17,508 nt of DNA. Source: Thermovirgaceae bacterium. Lineage in GTDB: Bacteria > Synergistota > Synergistia > Synergistales > Thermovirgaceae. Of the stretch, positions 1 through 7,083 are shown piece after piece. Where the stretch lies: assembly GCA_046542505.1 (NCBI GenBank), contig JBKHBH010000039.1, positions 1-17,508 of the forward strand, read 5' to 3'. The notes beneath the pieces are model-generated. The model was not told where the DNA came from, ran no database searches, and saw only the letters and a program-made list of their open reading frames with translations. Made by a program: the position numbers and the translations under genes. How positions within the stretch are numbered: the first letter of the stretch is position 1; every line of letters begins with the position of its first letter.

Positions 1-43
1 AATATTCAATTGAAAGATATTACATAAAACGAGGTGGTTCCAT

Positions 44-385
44 ATGCGTATTGCAATTCCGGCAGAAGGAGAGGACCTTTCCGCCCAGATATCAGGGAGG
101 TTTGCAAGAGCTCCCTGGTTTCTTTTTGTCGATCCGGAAACCGGCGAAGTCGAAGCCCTGAAGAACCCGGCAACCGCAGCTTCTCATGGCGCCGGCGCCC
201 AGGCTGTCCAGGAACTTGCCCGCCACGAGGTGTCCGTGGTGTTCGCACCCCGTGTGGGGCCGAAGGCGGCAGACGCCCTTTCAGCCGCGGGCATGACCGT
301 CTATGAGGCGGCCGACTGCACAGGCACCGAGGCCCTCGCAGCCTACAAGGCGGGGAAGCTTCCCCTGGTCCAGGAAGGAAGATAG
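44..385 (+). CDS. NifB/NifX-family (dinitrogenase FeMo-cofactor binding domain, COG1433-like) protein
   Basis: 113 aa; MRIAIP...GRFARAPWFLFVD...NPA...GAGAQAVQ...VGPKA..AL..AG family pattern; SD GAGGTG at 31-36. Confidence 0.88.
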   Translation: MRIAIPAEGEDLSAQISGRFARAPWFLFVDPETGEVEALKNPATAASHGAGAQAVQELARHEVSVVFAPRVGPKAADALSAAGMTVYEAADCTGTEALAAYKAGKLPLVQEGR

Positions 386-390
386 ACGTA

Positions 391-1242
391 ATGGCTGAAA
401 ATGCAGCGGATAAGCAGGAAAAACAGCAGCAGGAAAAAACCGGCGGGACCTGTGCCGGCATGCCTGTGAAGACGAAAAGAAACATCAAGCATGTGATTGC
501 CGTGGGAAGCGGCAAGGGGGGAGTCGGGAAAAGCACGGTTTCGGCCCTTTTGGCTGTCGGCCTGGCAAAAAAGGGTGCCAAAGTAAGCGTCCTTGATGCC
601 GACATCACCGGGCCTTCGATTCCGAAGCTTCTCGGTGTCCGGGAGGCTCCCTTCAACAGCGACTCAGGCGTTGTGCCCCCCAAGACGGGATGGCTCGGAA
701 TACGGGCCATGTCGATAAATCTGATGCTCGATGACCCGACGAAACCCGTTGTTTGGCGAGGACCTCTGATCGGGAATGTACTCAGACAGTTTTGGGAAGA
801 GGTCAACTGGGCTGATACGGAGTTTCTCATCATCGACCTTCCCCCGGGTACAGCCGATGCCGCGCTGACAGTCATGCAGACCATCGATCTCGACGGGTTG
901 CTCGTTGTCACGGCTCCCCAGGGGCTTTCAGCCCTTGTGGTTGAAAAAATGATGCACATGGCCCGGATGCTGGAAGTTCCTCTGCTGGGTCTTGTAGAGA
1001 ATATGGGGTACGCAATTTGCCCGGAGTGCGGTGCGCAATGGGAACTCTTCGGCCCGAGCCATCTGAAAGAGACCGCGGAGAAGTGGAACATACCGGTTCT
1101 TTCCGAGATCCCCGTAGACAAGGAAATTTCAATTCTGGGCGATGGCGGGCGGCTGGAACACTACGCGAAGGAAAACATTGCGGAGAATCTGGCGGAGGCG
1201 CTCATGGCGAGCCTTCCGGAAGAAGCGAAACAGCGGGGATAA
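391..1242 (+). CDS. mrp: Mrp/NBP35 (ApbC) family P-loop ATPase, Fe-S cluster carrier
   Basis: Deviant Walker A GKGGVGKST, DADITGPSIP, VVWRGP, DLPPGTAD, and GLVENM..AICPECG..ELFG (CxxC) signature. Confidence 0.93.
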   Translation: MAENAADKQEKQQQEKTGGTCAGMPVKTKRNIKHVIAVGSGKGGVGKSTVSALLAVGLAKKGAKVSVLDADITGPSIPKLLGVREAPFNSDSGVVPPKTGWLGIRAMSINLMLDDPTKPVVWRGPLIGNVLRQFWEEVNWADTEFLIIDLPPGTADAALTVMQTIDLDGLLVVTAPQGLSALVVEKMMHMARMLEVPLLGLVENMGYAICPECGAQWELFGPSHLKETAEKWNIPVLSEIPVDKEISILGDGGRLEHYAKENIAENLAEALMASLPEEAKQRG

Positions 1243-1249
1243 CCAGGCG

Positions 1250-1286
1250 AAAGGCCGGAAACCTCACGAGGTTTCCGGCCTTTTTT
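1250..1286. terminator. Bidirectional rho-independent terminator between convergent mrp and hemB-like genes
   Basis: Inverted repeat AAAGGCCGGAAACCT-CACG-AGGTTTCCGGCCTTT followed by further Ts; lies between the two stop codons. Confidence 0.9.
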
Positions 1287-2217
1287 AGCTTTCTTGCAGT
1301 AACCAGCCTGCGAGACGAACTGCGTCGTAGGTGATGACCCTGTCAGCTCCCGCCCGAAAGAGAGAGCGGTGAACCTCCACAATGGTCCTTCTCTCGTCGC
1401 ATACTCCCTTTTTTGCGGCGGTCCTTATCATCATGTATTCGCCGCTCACGAGCCATCCTGTCAAGGGGATATCGAATTTACCATGGAACTTCGCGATAAT
1501 GTCAAGGTACGCCAGAGCGGGCTTGATGATCAGTGCCGAAGTCCCTTCCCGGATGTCCGACGCGGCCTTTAAGAGGGCGCCCCCCTCGTCGGAAGGGTGG
1601 ATTTGCCCGCTGGGCATACCCCTTTCCGTAATCGATGTGGACGCGTTGAAAGGCCCGTAAAGGGCAGAGTCGAATTTTGCTCCGTAACTCAGGATCGCCC
1701 TGTCCGAAAACCCCCTGGCATCCATTGTTGTCCGAAGAAGTCGGACAAAGCCTTTTTCCAGAAAGAGGGGAATCACACCTTTCGCGCCGGCGTCCAGATG
1801 GCTTTCGGCAGTCTCCAGAAAGCGTCGACGGGTTTTCTGCGCATCGGGCGTTCCGGAAGGGTCGATGCAGAAATTGAGGCCGTTGTCGGTGGCATGAGCG
1901 AGGGAAACGTGGGTGAAAAAATCGGCCTCTTTGAAGTTTTTCGTCAGGAGCCGCAAAGCTTCCTGCACCGGACCCTCCGGATCCGAAGCGGGCGTTCCGT
2001 CCCTGTCCTTGCCCTTCTCGTAGTGGCCGAAGAGGACGAAATTCCTGACACCGACTGAAAGTGCCCTTTCGACGAAAAAAGGCACTTGATCAGGCGAAGC
2101 CCTTTCCACACCCTCGATGGTTTCAGACGGGATACGGCGTCCGTCGCCGGCCGTGACAAAAAGCGGCAGGATAAGGTGCTTTGGTGAAAGGGAAGACGAT
2201 TCCGCCCGCGCGAACAC
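1285..2217 (-). CDS. hemB: Divergent porphobilinogen synthase (delta-aminolevulinate dehydratase, HemB)-like protein; canonical activity doubtful. Start may be CTG at 2226
   Basis: LILPLFV, VLFG, SYGAKFDSALYGPF (Lys181), IIKPALAYLDII (Lys232), VSGEYMMI and RAGADRVITY match HemB; the Zn motif DxCxC...HGHCG and APSxMMDG are absent. Confidence 0.8.
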   Translation of the reverse strand: MFARAESSSLSPKHLILPLFVTAGDGRRIPSETIEGVERASPDQVPFFVERALSVGVRNFVLFGHYEKGKDRDGTPASDPEGPVQEALRLLTKNFKEADFFTHVSLAHATDNGLNFCIDPSGTPDAQKTRRRFLETAESHLDAGAKGVIPLFLEKGFVRLLRTTMDARGFSDRAILSYGAKFDSALYGPFNASTSITERGMPSGQIHPSDEGGALLKAASDIREGTSALIIKPALAYLDIIAKFHGKFDIPLTGWLVSGEYMMIRTAAKKGVCDERRTIVEVHRSLFRAGADRVITYDAVRLAGWLLQES

Positions 2218-2237
2218 TTTGCCCAGGGACGATCACC

Positions 2238-3098
2238 TCACAGAAAGTCTTCAAGCCGTTTCCGGATCGATTGTATCTCCTCGTGGAGCTCGCGAACAGG
2301 GATTCGGGTTTCAGCCACAGCGTCGACGACCGCCCGTTTGAAGGGGATCTCTCCAAGGATATCCCAGTTTTTGGCCCTGGCTTCCTCTTTGAGTTGTCGC
2401 GCGATTTTTGGCGCCAGATCGGCCTTGTTGACCACGAAGGCTGTGGGGATGCCGAACCGTGAAGTGACCTGCGAGAGACGCTCAACATCGTGAAAGGCCG
2501 CTTTTGAGGGTTCCGTCACGGCGATGGCCAGGTCTGCACCGGTGACGGCCGATATGGCGGGACATGCGATGCCGGGAGGGCCGTCGGTCAGAATGAGGGG
2601 GATATCCCTCTCGCGTGCCGCCTGAAGTGCCGACTCCCTCAGAAACTGGACGAGCTTGCCCGAATTTTCACCGCCTGGATTGAGCCGGGCATGCCACATG
2701 GGCCCCCATTGGGTCAAGCCCTCGTAGGATGTTCCCTGTCGGGTATCCACGAGTGATATGGCCTTTTCGGGGCATACACGGCGACAGACATCACATCCTT
2801 CGCAAAAGGATGTGTCTACCCGGGCCTTGTGGCCCGTCATGGAAATAGCGTCAAACCGACAGGCGGAGACACAGGCTCCGCACCCCGTGCAAAGATCCGG
2901 ATTCACCTCAGCCGTCTGCATTCCCCAAAAGGGTTGTTCACCGATGCGTTCGGGCTTCAGAAGGATCTCGAGGTCAGGGGCATCAACGTCTGCGTCGCAG
3001 ATGACCGCCTTGCCGAACGATGCGGCCAGAAGCGAGGTGAAAGTTGTTTTCCCTGTTCCCCCCTTGCCGCTGATAACAACGATTTCACGAGGCTTCAT
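2238..3098 (-). CDS. MinD-superfamily P-loop ATPase with inserted 2x[4Fe-4S] ferredoxin domain (COG1149-like)
   Basis: SGKGGTGKTT, DADVDAPDL, CTGCGACVSAC and CEGCDVCRRVCP, GENSGKLV, DGPPGIACP, VTEPS. Confidence 0.92.
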   Translation of the reverse strand: MKPREIVVISGKGGTGKTTFTSLLAASFGKAVICDADVDAPDLEILLKPERIGEQPFWGMQTAEVNPDLCTGCGACVSACRFDAISMTGHKARVDTSFCEGCDVCRRVCPEKAISLVDTRQGTSYEGLTQWGPMWHARLNPGGENSGKLVQFLRESALQAARERDIPLILTDGPPGIACPAISAVTGADLAIAVTEPSKAAFHDVERLSQVTSRFGIPTAFVVNKADLAPKIARQLKEEARAKNWDILGEIPFKRAVVDAVAETRIPVRELHEEIQSIRKRLEDFL

Positions 3099-3946
3099 CG
3101 GTCCAGCTTCCTTTCGAAATATTCCCAGACTTCCCGGAGCCCCGATTCCCAGCGGGCGTCCATCGCGGCAGGCGGAGTCCCTTCGGCGTATGCTTCGGCG
3201 ACGGCCCTTGAAAAGGGGAACTCGGCAAGAACGGGGGAGCCGTATTTCGAGGCCAGTCCCCTGATGTCCGCGGCGGCCAGGTCCGAACGGTTGATAATAA
3301 TTCCGACCGGTTTTCCGAGGTTTACCACCGCCTGTAGGGCGAGGTCAAGGTCGGCCGCGCCAAATGGAGTAGGCTCCGTCACGAGGAGCACCGCATCGGA
3401 GTGCCTGATGCCGGCGACCATGGGGCATGCGTTTCCGGGTGCACAGTCGATAACCTTGGGAACATCCATGCCGAGGACGACCTTGACGAGGTCTTCTATG
3501 ACCGGTACGGGATTTGGCAGACCCACGTTAAGGCGTCCTTCGTAAAGTTCAACGCCCCTTGCTGTGCGGCAATGCCTGATTTCGCCTATGGGCTTGTCGA
3601 TTTCCGTTATGGCGCCCTCGGGGCAGACCATGGAACAGAGACCGCATCCGTGGCAAAGGTCATTGACCTGCGGAGAGGAGTCCCCGAACATGGTCAGGGC
3701 GCCGAACATGCAGGCTGAGACACATTGGCCGCACCGGGAGCAGCGTCCGTCGTCGATGGCGGGAACCCGCAGGGAGACCAGGGAGCTTTCGAAAGGTTCC
3801 GCGTCGAGGAGAAGTCTGAGATTCGGTTCCTCGACATCAGCGTCTACGGCCAGAAGTCCCGGGACCGATGCGACAAGGGACGCGCTGACACTGCTTTTCC
3901 CCGTTCCTCCCTTGCCGCTTGCTACCGCCAGAGTCATGGAACTCAT
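3095..3946 (-). CDS. MinD-superfamily P-loop ATPase with inserted 2x[4Fe-4S] ferredoxin domain (COG1149-like), second paralog
   Basis: ASGKGGTGKSS, DADVEEPN, CSRCGQCVSAC and CHGCGLCSMVCP, DCAPGNACP, VTEPTPFG; 4-nt ATGA overlaps with both neighbours. Confidence 0.92.
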   Translation of the reverse strand: MSSMTLAVASGKGGTGKSSVSASLVASVPGLLAVDADVEEPNLRLLLDAEPFESSLVSLRVPAIDDGRCSRCGQCVSACMFGALTMFGDSSPQVNDLCHGCGLCSMVCPEGAITEIDKPIGEIRHCRTARGVELYEGRLNVGLPNPVPVIEDLVKVVLGMDVPKVIDCAPGNACPMVAGIRHSDAVLLVTEPTPFGAADLDLALQAVVNLGKPVGIIINRSDLAAADIRGLASKYGSPVLAEFPFSRAVAEAYAEGTPPAAMDARWESGLREVWEYFERKLDR

Positions 3947-4323
3947 CGTGTTTCACCGCTTTGTCCGCAGTGGTGCTCCGTGTCTTCCGACCCATGATGG
4001 CAGGCGCTGGGCCCCTGTTCGAGAACGCCGGAACAATAGTTTTTCACGGCTTCTTCAATATCGCCCGAGACGCCGATGACGGGTTCTATCCCCTGGGCGC
4101 GGAAAAGTTCCTCCGCCCTTGGGCCCATTCCTCCGGCGATAATGACGTCCACTTCGAGGCTTCCAAGCCACCGGGGCAAAACGCCTGGCGCATGACCGGG
4201 GTTCGGATGCTCCGCATGGTCGAGGATGTTTCCCTTTTTATCGACCGAATAAAGAGCGTAGAGAGGCGCATGGCCGAAATGGGGACACACTGCGCCGTTT
4301 TGAGCGGCAACGGCAATTTTCAT
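3943..4323 (-). CDS. NifB/NifX-family protein with His/Cys-rich C-terminal tail
   Basis: MKIAVA...CPHFGHAP...NPGHAPG...DVIIAGGMGPRA..LF...GI pattern; SD GGAGGTG just upstream of ATG 4323 (the ORF-track GTG at 4332 lies within the SD). Confidence 0.9.
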   Translation of the reverse strand: MKIAVAAQNGAVCPHFGHAPLYALYSVDKKGNILDHAEHPNPGHAPGVLPRWLGSLEVDVIIAGGMGPRAEELFRAQGIEPVIGVSGDIEEAVKNYCSGVLEQGPSACHHGSEDTEHHCGQSGETR

Positions 4324-4386
4324 GATTTTCACCTCCAGAGTTTTTTGTTTTCAAGGAGCTTCAGAGGGCTTTCCGGCTTGTACGGT

Positions 4387-4420
4387 CATAAAACGGGGAG
4401 AGCGATGACTCGCCCTCCCC
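4387..4420 (-). terminator. Terminator-like hairpin upstream of the minus-strand nifX-like gene
   Basis: Minus strand GGGGAGGGCGA-GTCA-TCGCTCTCCCC (11-bp stem with one G-U) followed by GTTTTATG. Confidence 0.65.
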
Positions 4421-4500
4421 TGCGCCGGGAAAAGAGAAAGTGAAGGAAGAAATCGATACAGTATCTTACCCAGGGGGATAATAACGATATCGATTCTCAA
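4388..4500 (-). ncRNA. Candidate ~110-nt small RNA or attenuated leader
   Basis: Lies between a TTGACA promoter and a terminator-like hairpin; 5' stem GAAUCGAUA/UAUCGAUUU, then a 26-nt pyrimidine tract; not matched to any family I recognise. Confidence 0.35.
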
Positions 4501-4504
4501 TAGA
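4486..4504. promoter_or_regulatory. Fur-box-like operator overlapping the predicted transcription start
   Basis: Minus strand TCTATTGAGAATCGATATC matches GATAATGATAATCATTATC at 13/19 positions; a Fur-family gene lies 3 kb away. Confidence 0.45.
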
Positions 4505-4534
4505 ATATTATCCCGAAAGGGACCTCTTTGTCAA
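4505..4534 (-). promoter_or_regulatory. Sigma70-type promoter
   Basis: Minus strand TTGACA (4534-4529), then 16 nt to GATAAT or 18 nt to TAATAT, in an AT-rich intergenic stretch. Confidence 0.7.
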
Positions 4535-4545
4535 GACTGACATTT

Positions 4546-6960
4546 TTATTTTAAAACCGGGTCGTGACTTATGCCCAGCCTGTCCGCCAGTGCCAGGTAG
4601 ACGGTGCTTGATGTGATCCGGGAAAAATTTTGCCTCTCGTTTTCCGTGATCCTCTGTGCCAGCTCGAAAAAGGCTTTTTGGCCTTTCTGGAGGTCCATGG
4701 GTTCGCCAAACCTGTCGAAGAAAGCCAGCAACCTGAGAGCCGCCTCAAGGCTTTTGGCGTCGGATGCCCTACCGGCCTCGGCGATCAGTTTTTCCAGGTG
4801 TTTCGAGGCTTCGTCTGCAAATCCCGAAAAAGGTATTTCGAGGCCCCATCTGGAGAATTCGTCAGCCCTGTCCTCGACGAGATCAAGATCCAGCCGCCTT
4901 TGTCTGAAAAGCACTTCCAGCTCCCGCGTGAGAGACAGTAGAAGAGCCGTCCTGAAAACATAAGGCACAGTCATGTCGTTTTCAGCGAGATATTCCATGA
5001 GCGGTGCATGCTTTTCCGAAAAGGTCCTGCAACTTTCGAGAAAGGGTCCGGCGGTTTTTTCAGAGACCCCCTCCAGTACGAGACGCTTTTCATCCCTGAA
5101 CAGGTGGTCCATGGTGTAATTGTGGTGTCCGAAAAACCGGTCCATTTCACGGGCGATCCCCTGGACGTATCCTTCCCGGTAGGCCGTTCTGATGCATCGG
5201 CTCATGGTTTCGTGCGTTTTGGTTTCCTTGAAGCCGCCTGTCCCGCAGAGAACATTGTGGCCGTCCAGATGGAAAGCGGCGAAGCTGATGGTTTTTCCCT
5301 CGAGAGTGACCAAGGATCTGAACCTGCACCGGCCGATCGCGAGGTTCCCCTTCCCTGTTTCAAGGATGTCCAGTTCTTCCGTTTCCACCGCGTACCGGTT
5401 TATGTTGATGGATTCGGCTTTTTCACGGAAGAGGGCAAAAATCGCATAATGGGCGGCGACGCGGAAGAGATCAACTTTGGCCGGAAGCACCATTGTTTTG
5501 TAGACCTCCGATCCGTCGGGCAGTGTCCGGGTGTTTCCAGGCGCGGATTCCAGCTTTTCGAGGAAGACTTCCTCGAGGGGTTCTTCCGTGAAAATTCCGG
5601 CCAGCTGGATGGCCCGGGCTGCATATCTCAGGACCTGGACGGTTTCGATCCTGCCGATATCTTCGAAAAACCAGGCGCAGCTTGTGAACATGAGCATTCC
5701 ATGGCGCTGCATTTCAAGAAGCGAAAGCGCCCGCCTGACGAGGCCGGGCTCCAGGCCCTGCACCAGTCTGCGTTCGAGAAAGGATTCGGCGCTTTCAGGT
5801 TTTCTTTCCAGTATGACCTGGATATATTCGTCACGCACCTTCCAGGGCGAGGCGAGCAGGTCTTTCGATTCAGTTTCAAAGATGTGATCCAGACGCTCCT
5901 TCAGCCAATTGAGGGCATCCCGCAGCGGCCCCCGCCATTTCTGGTGCCGGCTTTGTCCGTTTCCGGAACAGCCGCAGTCGGACCGCCATCGCTCGATGCC
6001 GTGAACGCAACTCCAGGAGGTGTTCTCCAAAAGGGCCACTTCCTGGACTGGTGGATCGGTATCAAGAAACTCACCATATGTTGAAAGGCGTACTTCCCGG
6101 GATTTTTCGATTCTGTCTAGGCAATAAGCGAGGGCCATTTCACCGAAATGGTGATGATGTCCGAAGGTTTCTCCGTCGGTGGCGGCGTGGACCAGCCTCG
6201 GGATTCCGTCACGGGGAGGGAACAGGGACAAGATCCGCCTGAAGAAATCTGAACCGTCGTTTAGAAGGGGGCCGAAAGCTATGTCCGCCGAAAGTGAGGC
6301 GTCATAGAAAAAAATGGTGATCGACCGGCCCGAGGGGAGCCGGCAGATCGCCGGAAGCGTCGTGTCGATGTTTTTGCCTTCCTTCTCTAGGCGGTCCTGA
6401 AGCATTTCGCCTATTCTGCGACCCTGGTGGGGCGCAAGAATGGTGAAACGGATTCCCGCGTCTGCAAGGCATTCCAGTGTCGCGATATCAGCGGCTGTCT
6501 CGGGGAGCCACATTCCTTCGCTCTTTCTGCCGAACCTGTGACGGAAGTCCGCCAGTCCCCAGAGAATCTGGTTTTTCTTGTCCCTTTCAGATGCGAGGGG
6601 AAGAATCATGTGGTTATAGACCTGGGCGATCGCCGTGCCATGCCCGCTGAAACGTGAAAGGCTCTCGGCATCAGCTTCAAGGATTTTCTCGTACACGTCG
6701 CGACGCCGGCGTTCCAGCCAGGAAAAGAGGGTCGGGCCGAAGTTGAAGCTTATCCGGCTGAAATTATTGAGCAAAAGGCGTATGCGTCCCGATTCGTCAA
6801 GGAGCCGGGCCGTTGTATTGGGTTCATAGCATTCGGCGGTGATCCTGTCGTTCCAGTCGTGAAAGGGGGCGGCGCTCTCCTGAATCTCTACCGATTCGGT
6901 CCAGGGGTTTTCCCGGGGCGGCTGGTAAAAATGGCCGTGAATGCAAACATATCGTGTCAT
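4546..6960 (-). CDS. DUF3536 domain-containing glycoside hydrolase family 57 protein
   Basis: 804 aa; HGHFYQPPRENPW, HDWNDRITAECY, YNHMILPL, GMWLPET (nucleophile Glu), ATDGETFGHH (acid/base Asp), SWSCVHGIERW, MFTSCAWFF. Confidence 0.9.
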   Translation of the reverse strand: MTRYVCIHGHFYQPPRENPWTESVEIQESAAPFHDWNDRITAECYEPNTTARLLDESGRIRLLLNNFSRISFNFGPTLFSWLERRRRDVYEKILEADAESLSRFSGHGTAIAQVYNHMILPLASERDKKNQILWGLADFRHRFGRKSEGMWLPETAADIATLECLADAGIRFTILAPHQGRRIGEMLQDRLEKEGKNIDTTLPAICRLPSGRSITIFFYDASLSADIAFGPLLNDGSDFFRRILSLFPPRDGIPRLVHAATDGETFGHHHHFGEMALAYCLDRIEKSREVRLSTYGEFLDTDPPVQEVALLENTSWSCVHGIERWRSDCGCSGNGQSRHQKWRGPLRDALNWLKERLDHIFETESKDLLASPWKVRDEYIQVILERKPESAESFLERRLVQGLEPGLVRRALSLLEMQRHGMLMFTSCAWFFEDIGRIETVQVLRYAARAIQLAGIFTEEPLEEVFLEKLESAPGNTRTLPDGSEVYKTMVLPAKVDLFRVAAHYAIFALFREKAESININRYAVETEELDILETGKGNLAIGRCRFRSLVTLEGKTISFAAFHLDGHNVLCGTGGFKETKTHETMSRCIRTAYREGYVQGIAREMDRFFGHHNYTMDHLFRDEKRLVLEGVSEKTAGPFLESCRTFSEKHAPLMEYLAENDMTVPYVFRTALLLSLTRELEVLFRQRRLDLDLVEDRADEFSRWGLEIPFSGFADEASKHLEKLIAEAGRASDAKSLEAALRLLAFFDRFGEPMDLQKGQKAFFELAQRITENERQNFSRITSSTVYLALADRLGISHDPVLK

Positions 6961-7010
6961 TCGCTACATCTCCGCCGGCGGTTTCCTGCCGGAACCTGTC
7001 CCGTTCCTGC

Positions 7011-7047
7011 AAGAAACGGCCAGACGGAAAGACCTTGCATCTGGCCG
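7011..7047 (-). terminator. Probable rho-independent terminator after the secreted-protein gene
   Basis: Minus strand CGGCCAGATG-N11-CGTCTGGCCG followed by TTTCTT. Confidence 0.6.
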
Positions 7048-7083
7048 CAAAACCTGCAAAAACCCATCTGATTGCAAATCATT

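Noticed and set aside
6..1121. 371-aa minus-strand ORF
   Set aside because: Antisense shadow of the nifX-like and mrp genes; no motifs, Ser/Pro/Arg-rich composition
1285..2217. hemB pseudogene
   Set aside because: No stops or frameshifts, and substitutions concentrate in the A-site while core motifs are retained; not fully excluded without orthologs
2123..2488. Alternative-frame ORF that could supply a frameshifted HemB N-terminus
   Set aside because: It has no RxRRLR-like arm near the junction and overlaps the well-supported ATPase gene in another frame
44..4323. Nitrogen fixation (nif) cluster
   Set aside because: Only small NifB/NifX-like domains are present; no nifH/D/K/E/N or radical-SAM NifB, and the ATPases lack NifH signatures
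5008..6084. 358-aa plus-strand ORF
   Set aside because: Antisense to the GH57 gene; no recognisable motifs
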